Of a DNA stretch of 64,000 bases, positions 7,096-18,331 are shown one piece after another. Every line of letters starts with the position of its first letter. Position 1 is the stretch's first letter. Source of the stretch: an uncultured delta proteobacterium (GTDB lineage: Bacteria; Myxococcota_A; Polyangia; Palsa-1104). Both the position numbers and the translations under genes were made by a program. The stretch lies in the NCBI GenBank assembly GCA_963785725.1, contig CAWAWS010000007.1, positions 800,001 through 864,000 of the forward strand. The letters are read 5' to 3'. A model generated the notes under the pieces. That model saw nothing but the letters and a program-made list of their open reading frames with translations. It searched no databases and was not told where the DNA came from.

Positions 7096-9906
7096 TTATT
7101 TAGCTTCGCTTGCCAAGAGCGCGACCGGGAAGTCGCCGAACAGCGCGCGTAAATCCAGGGTGGCGCCGGCGTTGACGCGGCGGCCGGTGACGGCGTCGAC
7201 GTAGCGGCCGCGCAGCCGCTCGGGCAGCTGCACGCGGCCGCGCCAGTCGATCGCCTTGCCGCCGGCGCGATCGGAGAGCTGCAGCGTCAGCCGCGGCACG
7301 ACGCACAGCGCGTGCTCGTCGGCGTGCACGCGCGCGAAGGCGACGACGTGGCCGGCGTCCTCGCCTTCGGCGCTCAGCGCCACGTATTCGCCGTCGGAAA
7401 ACAGCGGACCGCGCGCGCGCCGCAGCCGCAGCGCCTCGCGCACCAAGAGGAGCTTGGCGCGACCGTCGACGAGCGCGCTCGGCTGCGCCAGCTCGCGCGC
7501 CAGCTGCAGCCGCGAGGCGTCGCCTTCGGCAAGCCGCCGCGTCAGGCCGTCGAGCAGCCTGCGCCGCAAGGCGTAGTCGACCGGGCGGCGATTGTCGGGA
7601 TCGACGAGCGACAGGTCCCACAGCTCGCAGCCTTGATAGACGTCGGGCACGCCCGGCGACGCCACCTTCAGCGCCACCTGCGCCAGCGACGACAAGCGCG
7701 CCGCCGCCGCGATGCGCCGCGCAAACGGCGTGAAGTCGGCGAGGAACGCGCGCGACGACAAGAGCTGCTGCGCGAACGCGCGCGTCGCCTGCTCGTAGGC
7801 TTCGTCGACGTTGGTCCAGCTCGAGTGCACCTTGGCCTCGCGCAGCGCCTTCTCGAGATAGAGCCCGATGCGCTCGCGATATTCGTCGCTCGGCCCATGG
7901 TCGGGTGGGTCGGGAAAGGTGCCGATCAGTGTCTGATAGACGAGCAGCTCGTCGTTGGCGTCGGGCTGAATGTCGCCTTCGTGCTCGCTCTTGAAGGGCG
8001 CTGCTAGCTTGGCCCAGGTGCGCAGCCGCTCGGCCCATTCGCCCGGCGCCTCCGACAAGGCGTCGATGCGCAGCCGCGTGTCTTCGCCGCGTTTCGTGTC
8101 GTGCGTCGCGGTCGTGTTCAGCGAGCCCGGCCAGTCGCGCAGTCGCGCGCTGTTCTGCGCGTGGAACTCGGCCACGCTGTACCCGAACTTCTGCGGGTCG
8201 CCGCCCACTTCGTTGAGCGACACCAGCCGCTGGTAGATGTAGAACGAGGTGTCCTCGATCGCCTTGGCCGTCACCGGGCCCGACACTTGCTGCAGCTTGC
8301 GCACGAACTCGAGCGACTCGGGCGTCGGATCTTCGAGCAGCAAGATCGAGCGCAGATAGTCGTAGATCGAGCGGTTGAGATCGCGCGAGCCGCGCTTGGC
8401 CGCGCGAATCGTCGCTTCGATGTATTGCCGATCGCGCTGCTCGATGGACGCGCCGTCGTTGCCTTCGACGTAGGTGCGATAGATCGGCAGCCGCGCCACG
8501 TATTCGCTCAGCGCCTTGGTGAGCGCGTTGAGCGTGAAGTCGCGCGTGCGGCGGTTGCCCTCGCTCAGCCGGTTGAGCCGATTGCCGAGCACGTTCACTT
8601 CCGACGCCATCGACGAGCGCATCAACACTTTCTTCTTCTCGTAGACGAGCTGCGCGAAGTTGTGGGCGCTGCCGGTGAAGCGCGCGTACAGCTCGTCGAA
8701 GGCGCCGGCGTTGCGGCTGTCGACGAAGAGGCCGTTGACGGCGTTCAAGAATTCGTAGCCGGTCGTGCCCGCGACCTGCCACGACGAGGGCATCTTCTCC
8801 GTGCCTTCCAAGATCTTCTCGACGATGACGTAGAGCCCGTCGAACTCCTGCTGCAGCCGCCGGAAATAGGCCGACGGCGCGTACAGACCGTCGGGATGGT
8901 CGATGCGCAGGCCGGTCACTTTGCCGTCGCGGATGAGCTGGAACACCAGGCGATGGGCGTCGTCGAAGACCTGCGGATCTTCGACGCGAATGGCCGCCAG
9001 CGTGTTGATGTCGAAGAAGCGGCGATAGTTGATCTCCTCGCCGGCGACGCGCCAATGGGCCAAGCGATAGGCCTGCGCGTCGAGCAGCTTTTCCAAAAGG
9101 TCGAAGCTGCGCGGGTCGCCCGGCCGGCCGTTGAAGATCGTGATCATCTCGTCGGCGTAGCGGGCGATCGGCGGGCACGCCTCGAACAGCGCCGCCAGCC
9201 GTCGCTTGGCCACCTCTTTTTCGCGCGCGCGCTCCTGAACCTTGTCGGGCTCGGGCTCTTCGCGCGGCGCCAGCTTGCCGAGCGACGTGAGGATGCTCTC
9301 GAGCTCCTGCATGTTGACGTCGTTGACGCCGAGCTCGGCGCGCAGGCGGTCCAGCTCGTGGCCGAGCAGAAACGGCACCCAGCGCGGCGTAATCGGAAAG
9401 TGGTTGTCGTAATAGTCGACGAAGAACGCGCCGCCCGAGCGCGACAGCTGCAGCTCGCCGCGCTCGAGCACGTCGCCGAACTGATCGCCCAAGATCGGCA
9501 CCAGCACCTTGGCCGTCAGCTCGCGCTTGATCGGACCCCAATCGACGTCGAAGTAGGGCGCCGAGACGCTCGACGGGCCGTTCTCGAGCACGTCGAGCCA
9601 GCGCGCGTTTTGCGGGCCGATGCCCATGTGGTTGGGCACGAAGTCGCACAATTGGCCGAGGCCGGCGGCTTTGACGGCGGCGCACAGGTCGTCGTAGCCG
9701 TCGGCGCCGCCGAGCTCGTCACGCAGCGCGTTGTGATCGGTGACGTCGTAGCCGTGCGTCGAGCCTTGCGCCGCGGAAAACGGAGGCGAAACATAGACAT
9801 CGGTGACGCCCAGCTCGGCGAGATAAGGCACGAGCTTCGCGGCTTCCCGAAAGCCGAACCGGGGTGTGATCTGCAATCGATAGGTCGACAGTGGCCGGCG
9901 GCGCAT
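7096..9906 (-). CDS. treY: Malto-oligosyltrehalose synthase (GH13)
   Basis: STYRLQ, GSTHGYDVTDH, DFVPNHMG, EEINYRRFFDIN, GLRIDHPDGL, TATHDTKRGED and LSLVDPDNRRPVDY. Confidence 0.96.
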   Translation of the reverse strand: MRRRPLSTYRLQITPRFGFREAAKLVPYLAELGVTDVYVSPPFSAAQGSTHGYDVTDHNALRDELGGADGYDDLCAAVKAAGLGQLCDFVPNHMGIGPQNARWLDVLENGPSSVSAPYFDVDWGPIKRELTAKVLVPILGDQFGDVLERGELQLSRSGGAFFVDYYDNHFPITPRWVPFLLGHELDRLRAELGVNDVNMQELESILTSLGKLAPREEPEPDKVQERAREKEVAKRRLAALFEACPPIARYADEMITIFNGRPGDPRSFDLLEKLLDAQAYRLAHWRVAGEEINYRRFFDINTLAAIRVEDPQVFDDAHRLVFQLIRDGKVTGLRIDHPDGLYAPSAYFRRLQQEFDGLYVIVEKILEGTEKMPSSWQVAGTTGYEFLNAVNGLFVDSRNAGAFDELYARFTGSAHNFAQLVYEKKKVLMRSSMASEVNVLGNRLNRLSEGNRRTRDFTLNALTKALSEYVARLPIYRTYVEGNDGASIEQRDRQYIEATIRAAKRGSRDLNRSIYDYLRSILLLEDPTPESLEFVRKLQQVSGPVTAKAIEDTSFYIYQRLVSLNEVGGDPQKFGYSVAEFHAQNSARLRDWPGSLNTTATHDTKRGEDTRLRIDALSEAPGEWAERLRTWAKLAAPFKSEHEGDIQPDANDELLVYQTLIGTFPDPPDHGPSDEYRERIGLYLEKALREAKVHSSWTNVDEAYEQATRAFAQQLLSSRAFLADFTPFARRIAAAARLSSLAQVALKVASPGVPDVYQGCELWDLSLVDPDNRRPVDYALRRRLLDGLTRRLAEGDASRLQLARELAQPSALVDGRAKLLLVREALRLRRARGPLFSDGEYVALSAEGEDAGHVVAFARVHADEHALCVVPRLTLQLSDRAGGKAIDWRGRVQLPERLRGRYVDAVTGRRVNAGATLDLRALFGDFPVALLASEAK

Positions 9907-10013
9907 CTTCTAGGTCGTAAGCGCGCGCACCCAGCCGACCATCCGGTTGCAGCCGGAACATTGGCGCTTATTTGCACAACAACGGCCTTCCAAAGGACAT
10001 TCAGCTTCCCCTT

Positions 10014-11957
10014 ATGACCCGGCGAGGTGCCGTCATCATGCTTGCGGCGACCCTGGCCTCGGGCTGCGTCCATCGCCAACCGAGCGGGCCGTGGGTGCGG
10101 CGGCTCGTGCTGCACGGCGTTCGCCACGTCGACGAGGCCGATCTGCGCCGCCACCTCGTCACCGAGCAGACGCCCAATTTTCCCGGGTCGCGCCATCGAC
10201 CGTTCGACGCGTTCTCGCTCACCGTCGACGAAGCGCGCATCGAGTCCTATTACCGCGCGCACGGCTTCTTCGACGCCAAGGTCGTCTCCACCGACGTCAA
10301 CCCGTCCGAGAAGAAGGGCGGGCTCAACGTCGAGGTCAACGTCGACGAAGGCGCGGCCACCAAGATCGGCAAGCTCGACACCAAAGGGCTCGATCCCATC
10401 GGCGACGACGCCATCCCCGTCTTCAGCAACCTCGATCTGCGCAAGGGGCAGATCTTCGATCATTCGCGTTATCTGTCGGAAAAGCTGGAGATGCGCGATC
10501 GGCTGAAGTCGCTCGGCTATGCTTGGGCCGACGTCGACGGCGCGGTCGTCGTCGATCGCGATCGTCACATCGCCGACGTGACGCTGACGGCGCGGCCCGG
10601 GCCCAAGGCGATCATTCGCTCGCTCGAGGTCACCGGCGCCTACAACGTCGAGCCGCGGCTCCTGTTGCGTCATTCGCTGCTCAAGCGCGGCGAGCTGTTG
10701 ACCAGCGACGTCATCGAGAACGCGCGCACCAAGCTCTACAACCTCGGCTTCTTGTCGACGGTGCGCATCGACTACAAGCCCGATCCCAACCATCCCGGCG
10801 AGGCCGACGTCGTCGTCGGCGTGACCGAGTCGTCGTTCAACGAATGGCGCTTCGGCGCCGGCATCAGCCTCGAGCTGCAGCGCAGCGAGATCCGCGGTCG
10901 CGCCGAATATCTGCGCCACTATTGGCTCGGTGGCTTGCGCCGTTTACGCGTGCGCGCCGAGCCGGCTTACGTCTTCGTGCCGGCGTTCTGGTCGCCCTTG
11001 CGGCAAGGTCCGGCGGGCACGCTGGAGATGGAGATCACGCAGTTCGACGTCGGCTGGCGCCCCGACGAGTTACGCCTCGCCATCGGTTACGACTTGGGCG
11101 TCGAGTATGCGTTTCAATATCACGGTCCGCGCGCGTCGCTGGGATACGTGCGCAACTTCTTACACGACCGTTTACAAATCGGAATATCGTATAATTTCCA
11201 ATTCTCGTTATTCTTCAATACCGATCCGGCGTTATTGGTCGACCCCGCTTTGTCGGCCAAGGACTATGGCTTCGTCGAGCCTTATCGCGTCGCCTGGCTC
11301 GACGAGTCGGTGACGCTCGATCTGCGCGACAAACCGCTCGACGCCCGCAAAGGCGGCTGGTTTTCGCTGCGCGCCGAGGAGGGCGGCATTTATACCGGCG
11401 GCGATTTCACGTACGAGAAAGTGGTCGCCGAGGTACGTGGTTATTATCCGTTTCTAAAGCGCTTCGTGATCGCGGCGCGTACCGAATACGGACATATTTT
11501 CACGCAAGGTAAGAATGGCTCGCCGATTACGCGGCGCTTTTATTTGGGTGGGCCGGAGTCGCATCGCGGCTTCAACTTCAATCGCCTGTCGGAGCAGATT
11601 CCGTCGGGCATCAAAGGCAATCCGGCGCTGCCGATCGGCGGTGACGAGGAGTTCCTGACGCAGGTGGAGCTGCGCGCGCGGGCCGTGCGGCTGTTCGGCA
11701 GCTGGCTGGAGTTCGCGGCCTTCGTCGACGCCGGCGACGTGGCGGCGCCCAACGGTCTGCCGCACGATCATGTCGACTTGGGCGAGCTTCACGTGGCGAC
11801 CGGCGGCGGCGCGCGCTACAAAACAGCCATTGGTACGATTCGCGTGGATATCGGCGTGCGCCTCAATCGTCTCGGTTACGCCGAGCCGGATGGGCGCATG
11901 AATCCCGACGCGCATCAGCCGGTCACGTTCCATCTGTCGATCGGCGAGCCGTTCTAA
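10014..11957 (+). CDS. tamA: Omp85/TamA family outer membrane protein with POTRA domains
   Basis: Lipobox LASGC, POTRA-like repeats (IESYYRAHGFFDAKV), RFYLGGPESHRGF and C-terminal FHLSIGEPF; adjacent to tamB. Confidence 0.88.
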   Translation: MTRRGAVIMLAATLASGCVHRQPSGPWVRRLVLHGVRHVDEADLRRHLVTEQTPNFPGSRHRPFDAFSLTVDEARIESYYRAHGFFDAKVVSTDVNPSEKKGGLNVEVNVDEGAATKIGKLDTKGLDPIGDDAIPVFSNLDLRKGQIFDHSRYLSEKLEMRDRLKSLGYAWADVDGAVVVDRDRHIADVTLTARPGPKAIIRSLEVTGAYNVEPRLLLRHSLLKRGELLTSDVIENARTKLYNLGFLSTVRIDYKPDPNHPGEADVVVGVTESSFNEWRFGAGISLELQRSEIRGRAEYLRHYWLGGLRRLRVRAEPAYVFVPAFWSPLRQGPAGTLEMEITQFDVGWRPDELRLAIGYDLGVEYAFQYHGPRASLGYVRNFLHDRLQIGISYNFQFSLFFNTDPALLVDPALSAKDYGFVEPYRVAWLDESVTLDLRDKPLDARKGGWFSLRAEEGGIYTGGDFTYEKVVAEVRGYYPFLKRFVIAARTEYGHIFTQGKNGSPITRRFYLGGPESHRGFNFNRLSEQIPSGIKGNPALPIGGDEEFLTQVELRARAVRLFGSWLEFAAFVDAGDVAAPNGLPHDHVDLGELHVATGGGARYKTAIGTIRVDIGVRLNRLGYAEPDGRMNPDAHQPVTFHLSIGEPF

Positions 11958-14900
11958 TGAAGAAGCTGGCGCACATCGGCCTCGGTCTCGCGCGCATCGC
12001 CGCCTGGATTGTCGCGGTGACGACGGCGCTGGCGGTGACGCTCGTGCTCGTCATGTTGACGGCGCCGGGCCGGCGCGCGCTCTTGCGCGTCGGATTGTGG
12101 GCGGCGAACGGCGCGCTGGCCGGCCACGTCAGCGTGCGCGAGCTGCAAGGCAACGTGCTCGATCGGCTCGTGCTCGTCGACGCGCGGCTCGAGGATGCCG
12201 AAGGCCTCGAGATCGTCGACGCGCGGCGCATCGAGGTCGATCTCGACTGGCGAGCGCTCTTTCACCATCGCATCCACGTGCGCGACGTGCGGCTCGACTC
12301 GACGCGCGTGACGCTGCGGCACCTGAATGACAATCGGCTCAACCTGGCGGCGCTGTTGAAGGGCGCGCCCAAGCCGGCGCGGCCGAACAAAGCGGACGAT
12401 CGCAAGCCGTCACGACCGCTGCGGGTGGAAGTCGATCACTTACAAGTTGCAGCTCGATGGCGCCTATCATCCGCCGCGCGGGCACGAGCAGAATCCGCTC
12501 GATTGGCCGCGCGGCACGTTCGACATCGAAGGCGCGCTGACGCTGATCGACGGCGAGACCAAGCTCGACGTGTGGCGGCTCGTGTCCGACGCGCGCGATC
12601 CGCTGCAGGCGCACGTCGAGCTGCGCGGGCAGCTGAAGATTACGCCGCACGCGCTGCCCAACGGCGGCGCGCTCATGACGTTCGGCGACGTCGCGGTGAC
12701 GGTCGAGAGCGACGGACGCGAGATCGCGCGGCTCATGCCGGGCCTGGCGACGCTCGGCCGTTGGCAGGTGCGCGTCGACGGCAGCGGGCCGCTGACGGAT
12801 CTGCACGCGCACGTCGTCATCAGCGCGCCCAAAGGCAATATTACGGCCGAAGGCGGGCTCGGCCTGCTCTATCCCGGCCTGCGTTGGAACGCGATCGTCA
12901 GCGCCGATGGGCTCGATCCGGCGGCGGCGTGGCGCGGCGCGCCGGCCGGGCAGCTGCAGCTGTCACTGCGCGGCAAAGGCGGCCCGAACGAAGCGGGCGG
13001 CGGCGAGCTCATCGTCGAGCGGCTGCGCGCGCGGGCGGCGGGCATCAAGCTCGAGGCGCACGGCCGGAGCGACTTTTTGGGGCACGGCGCGGGCGCATTG
13101 ACGGCGTCGGTCGAATCGCTGGCGCGGCTCCAGTCGCTCGGCGTGCCGGTGACGATCAAGCAGCTCGACGGCGCGCTGGCGCTGCAGGCGACGCTCGGCC
13201 GCGACGCGACGGGCCCGCGCGTCGACGCGACGGCGCGCCTGTCGCGCCTGCAGCTGACGCAGGCGACGGCGCACGTGAAGCTGCAGTCGCTGCTGGCCAA
13301 GGTGTCGTGGGCGGCGAAGAAGCCGGCGACGGTGACGCTCGACGGCCGCGGGCTCGCGGTCGGCAACGTCAAAGACGGCCAGCGCACGCACTTCGACGTG
13401 GCGACGATGGCGCTGGCGCTGCACGGCTTGCCGGCGCAGTTCAGCGGCGAGCTGGCGGCGGCGCTGGCCGACGGTCGGCAGCTGCACACGACGCTCGCCG
13501 GCGGCGTCGCCGGCCGCGCGGCCGATCTGCGCGTCGCCACCGCCACGTTCGATGACCCGCGGCACGGGCGCCATCTCGCGCTGCCGTCGCCGCTGGTCTT
13601 GCACGCGACGGGCGCCATCAACGACTCGAAGCTGACCGCGCGGGCGCTCGGCGCGGCACTGACGGCGCATTCGACGCTCGACAAGGCGGGGCACTTCGCC
13701 AGCCAGTTCACGCTCGAGGTGCCGGACGCCGCGCCCTTCGGCCGCTTGGCCGGCGTCGACGTGGGCGGCCAAGTGCGCGCCGACGGCGTCGTTCGCGTCG
13801 GCGACGCGCTGCAGCTCGACGTCGACGTCGCCGGCGACGCGCTGCACGCGCCCGGCGCCGCCGTCGCCAAGCTGCGGGCGCACTTGTCGTCGGTGGATCT
13901 GCGCGGCCAGGCGCGCGTCGAGCTGTCGGGCGTGGCGGCGGGCGCGCGCCAGCTGGCGACGCTGACGCTGCACGCCGACGGCACGGTCGACCACATGCAG
14001 GTCGACGTCGACGGCGTGGCGCCCGACGGCGCGATCCGGCTGCGCGCGCAAGTCGACGGCCGCTGGAAGACGCACGGCCTGCACGTCGATCACGCCGACT
14101 TGGCCGTGCGCACGCTCGACCTCGATCTGCCGCGGCAGGCGTGGAAGCTGGTGCGCCAGGCGCGCCTCGTCGTCGACGCCAATGGCAACGACGACGACGC
14201 GGTCTTGACCGGGCTGCAGCTGCGTTCGGGCGTGGGCGAGGTCGATCTCGACGGCAGCTGGCGCCACCACGCGCTCGACGCCACGATCTCGCTGCACGAC
14301 GGTGACCTCGTGGAGCTGGCGCGCGTCGCCGGCCAGCCGGGGCTGCTGCCGCCGGCGCGCTGGAGCGGCAAGCTGCACGTGGCCGGCACCGTCGCCGCGC
14401 CGCTCATCGACGCGCAGCTGGAGGCGCGCGCCGCCGACACCGTGGTCTGGTACGGCGTCGCCTTCAACGTCTTGTCGCTCACGGCTTATGCCGATTCGAC
14501 GCACGTGCAGCTGCACGCCGACGCGCACGGCCGCAACGGCAGCCGCATCACCATCGACGCCCGCGGCACGCCGCGCAAAGACGGCGATCGCTTCGTCGCG
14601 CTCGCCGCCAGCATCGAGAAGCTGCGCATCTCCGCGCACGGTCGCACCTGGGACGTCGTCGAGCCGTGCGCTCTCGACATCGGCTCCGCCAGCCGCATCG
14701 CCATCGATCACTGCCGCATCGGCTCCGGCCGCGCCGAGATCGGCATCAAAGGCTCGGCGCCGCTGTCGCCCGCGGCGGCGCCGGGCATCGACATGACGCT
14801 CTTTACGCGCCACTTGAACCTGCGCGACTTGGGCGACTTGGCGGCGCCCGGCCACAAGCAGCTGCCGCGCACCGACTTCGACATGCAGGCGCAAGTGACG

Positions 14901-17468
14901 GGCACGATGAAGGCGCCGATCATCGACTTCGCCGGCAGCGGCAAAGGCGCGCAGGTCGACGAAGGCATCCCCGAGAACGTCAACTACAACGTGCGCGCGC
15001 GCTACGAAGCCAAGCGCGTGCACGGCTCGGCGTCGGCGCGCCAGGTCGGCCTCACCCTCGGCGTCGGCGCGCGCTTCGACCTGCCCATCACGCTCGACGG
15101 CCCCGACCAGCCGATCTCGCTCGAGCTGGAGGCGCGACCGGTGCCGTTCTTCAAGATTCGCGACTCGCTGCCGCCGGCCATCGCCAACGTCAAAGGCTTC
15201 TTCACGCTGCGGCTGTCGGCCAAAGGGACGACGCATCATCCGCAGCTGCGCGGCGAAATTCACGTACCGTCGTGGCAGCTCGACAACTTGAAGGACAACG
15301 ACACCGTCGTCGATTTCGTCTACGACGGCGGCTGGCTCAAGGTCAACTCCGAGACGTCGTTCAACGCCACCAGCCTCGTCGGCGCCATCTTGCGCATTCA
15401 GCCGCAGCGCAACTCGGGCACGGTGAGCCTGGAGTTGCGCGCGCCGCTCGACCTGTACGCGCTCGTGACGTCGCCGCATCAGGCCATTCACGCGCTCGTG
15501 CACGACGCGCCGCTGACGGCTTCGGCCCAGCTGCGCCGGCTCGATCTGACGAAGGTGCCGCTGCAGACGATCGGCATCGCGGCGCCGCTCAACGGCACCT
15601 TCGACGGCTCGATCCGCCTCGAAGGCACGCTCCATCGCCCGCGCTTCAACGCCGAGATGAAGGCCAAAGGGTTGACGCGCGTCGGCTCTTTCGATCACGC
15701 CGACCTCGAGGCGTCGCTGCAGCTCGCGGAGGGTCGGCTGCACATGGGCGGCGGCGCGATCTTGCGCGGCGGCCAGCTGGCGACGTTCCAAGGCGAGGCC
15801 GAGCTCGACGGCCAGCGCTTCGTCGACGGCGAGGATTGGCAGCGCGGCAAGCTCGCCATCGACTTCGGCGTGCCCGGCTACGGGCTCAGCCGGCTGCAAG
15901 ATCTGCAGCCGCGGCTGCATGCGATCGAAGGCTGGCTGCACGGCGCCGGCACCGTGCGCGGCACGTGGGGCGCGCCCGACGTGAAGCTCGCCGGCCAAAT
16001 CGACAAGCTGATGTTAGCCGGCACGCGCTTCGTCAGCGTCGACGGCACTGCGCGCTATCAGGCGCGCCGCTGGCGCTTCTCCGTCGGCGCCGATGCCGCG
16101 TCCGGCCAAGGTCAGCTGCGCGCGAGCGGCACGGTCGCGGCCGACGACACCGCGCCGCTCGACGTGCACGTCGACGCCAACGATCTCGACGTGCGCTTCT
16201 TGGCCGCGACCTGGGAGCAGATCGGCGAGATCGGCGGCAAGCTGCAGGCGCACGTCGCCATCGCCGGCACGCGCGCCGATCCGATTCCGTCGGGCACGCT
16301 CAAGCTGACCGACGGTCGCTTCGCGTTCCGCCGCGATCCGCGGCATTACCAAGGCGCGCTGGCGCTGCGCATCGACGGCGACGCCGCGACGTTGACCGAG
16401 CTGACCCTCCGCGGCAGCGACGGCGGCTCGCTCGACGCGTTGGGCCGCGCGCAGCTCGCCGGCCTCAAGCCCACCGAGCTGACGTTGAACGCGCACGCGC
16501 ACAAGTTCACCGTCGGCATGGGCTCGGCTTCGACGCAGCTCGACGCCGACTTCACGCTCGCCGGCGACCGCTCCGACAACCGCTTCCACGGCCGCCTCGA
16601 CATCCATCGCGGCACCATCGTGTTGCCCGAGCTGCCCGGCGGCGACAGCGCGTTGCCGATGGGCGAGCTGGCCGACGTCAGCTACCACGACGCGCGCGCC
16701 CAAAAATCCGCCATGCAGCGGCAGACCGGACAAGGCGCGTTCATCGTCACCAAGATCGAAGGCCCGCTGCAGTTGCGCGGTCGCGAGACCGACTTCGATC
16801 TCGTCGGCGAGCTCGGCGTCACCGTCGCCGGCGGCGCGCTCGGCCTCGAGGGCGTCGTCGAGTCGACGCGCGGCTCGGTCGAGCTGCTCGGCCACCGCTA
16901 CGTCGTCGAGCGCGGCCAGCTGGCGTTCGCGGGCGCCGCCAACGATCCCGAGCTGCACCTGCGCGCCACGCGTCGCATCGGCGCGGTCACGATCGTCGTC
17001 ATCATCGAGGGCACGGCGCAGCATCCCGACGTGCGTCTCTCGTCGGATCCGCCGGTCTACGATCAGACGCAGCTCGTGAGCCTCGTGCTCGCCGGTCGTC
17101 CCGGTCAAGATCGCGTGGCCATCGGCGAGCTCAATCGGCAGATCACCGGGCTCTTGTCGGCGGTCGTCATCCAAAAGATCGAGCAGCAAGTGGCGCCGAC
17201 CTTGCCAATCGACGTCGTGCGGCCGCTCGATCAGCAGAGCTACGCCGAGCTGTCGCAGTCGCCGCTGGAAGTCGGCCGCTACGTGACCGATCGCATCTAC
17301 GTCAGCTACGAGCACCGCTTCGGCTCGCGCATGGGCCGCTCGGAGGCCAACGCCAACGAGGCGCGCGCCGAATACAAGCTCGGCTCCAAAGGCCACTGGC
17401 AGCTCGACACCACGTTCGGCGACGGCGGCGTCGGCGGCATCTACGTCTTCTGGAGCACCAAACGCTGA
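11957..17468 (+). CDS. tamB: TamB translocation/assembly module protein, one frameshift near 12442
   Basis: N-terminal anchor (ORF from 11957) joins the 12447-17468 frame by deleting one base (VDHFKLQLDG); C-terminal DUF490-like LSSDPP...LVSLVLAG...LEVGRYVTDRIYVSY. Confidence 0.85.
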
Positions 17469-17469
17469 C

Positions 17470-17916
17470 TCAGAGAGGCCGCTTGGAGTAGCCGAGCCGC
17501 GTCCACGTCGTGAAGCCGGCGCGTTCGTAGACGGCGCGTGCGACCTCGTTCTCGCGGCGCACCTGCAGATGCATCGCGTGCGCGCCCGCGGCTTTGGCGA
17601 TGGCGACCGCCGCGTCGAGCAGCCGGTGCCCATTGCCGCTCGCGCGCGCCGACGCCACGAGGTACAGCTCGGTCAGCCAGGCGTCGCGCCCGCCATATTC
17701 GAGGTCGTAGCCGAACGTCACGAGCGCATAGCCAATCGTCGCGCCCGCCGCTTCGCCGATGACGAGGCGCCCCAAGTGATTGTCGGCCGCCAGCACCGGC
17801 ATCATCGCCGCCTTCATCGTGTCGCGCGCGAACGGGATCGCCTCGATGCGATTGAAGTCTTCCATCAGGTCGAGCAGCTGCTCGGCGTCTTCCGCGACCG
17901 CGATGCGCGCGTTCAT
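17470..17916 (-). CDS. GNAT family N-acetyltransferase
   Basis: LTELYLVASARASGNGHRLL acetyl-CoA motif A; N...ARAVYERAGF. Confidence 0.88.
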   Translation of the reverse strand: MNARIAVAEDAEQLLDLMEDFNRIEAIPFARDTMKAAMMPVLAADNHLGRLVIGEAAGATIGYALVTFGYDLEYGGRDAWLTELYLVASARASGNGHRLLDAAVAIAKAAGAHAMHLQVRRENEVARAVYERAGFTTWTRLGYSKRPL

Positions 17917-17936
17917 GGCCACGATTATACGGCGGT

Positions 17937-18284
17937 CTAGCGGTTCGCCGGGTCGATTGGCGCGGCCGCTTTGCAGGCGAAGCCCATCACCACCGGCCCG
18001 TCGCGCGTGTCGGTCGGCGTCGGTCGCCAGCCGCGCGCCAGCCGCTCGGCGAGCAGCGAATCGGCCGTCGGCCGCGAGCCCTGCACGGCGACCGCCGTGA
18101 TCGCGCCCAGTCAGGTCGTGTCGTAGACGAGAAAATGCGCGCCCGCCGCGATGACGACGTCGTGCGTGTACTCGTCCTGCGTGATCACTTCGAGCAGCGC
18201 AAACCCCAGCGCGCCGCAAGCTTGGATGGCGTCGCCGAGCGTCTCGTGGTGGCGGGCGATCGCGAGCAGCGCGTCGGGCGTCAT
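17937..18284 (-). CDS. Candidate selenoprotein of unknown function (115 aa, TGA at 18113-18111 read as Sec58)
   Basis: MTPDALLAIARHHETLGDAIQACGALGFALLEVITQDEYTHDVVIAAGAHFLVYDTT-U-LGAITAVAVQGSRPTADSLLAERLARGWRPTPTDTRDGPVVMGFACKAAAPIDPANR-TAG. Frame is open with GC-rich third positions past the TGA, a SECIS-like hairpin follows, and the TAG lies 20 nt before the GNAT start. Confidence 0.72.
18084..18099 (-). promoter_or_regulatory. Bacterial SECIS-like hairpin
   Basis: UGA + 11 nt (CUGGGCGCGAU) + CACGGC-GGUC-GCCGUG: a perfect 6-bp stem with a G-led GGUC loop starting 18 nt after the UGA. Confidence 0.7.
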
Positions 18285-18331
18285 GCTCGATGAAACGCGC
18301 GCACGCGCACGAACCTTCCGCGTGTGCGCTA

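Noticed and set aside
7100..17633. Very long alternative-frame and antisense ORFs (e.g. 7100-9685, 8101-10017, 12963-15998, 14666-17491)
   Set aside because: Arg/Ala-rich shadow frames expected in high-GC coding DNA; they overlap well-supported genes.
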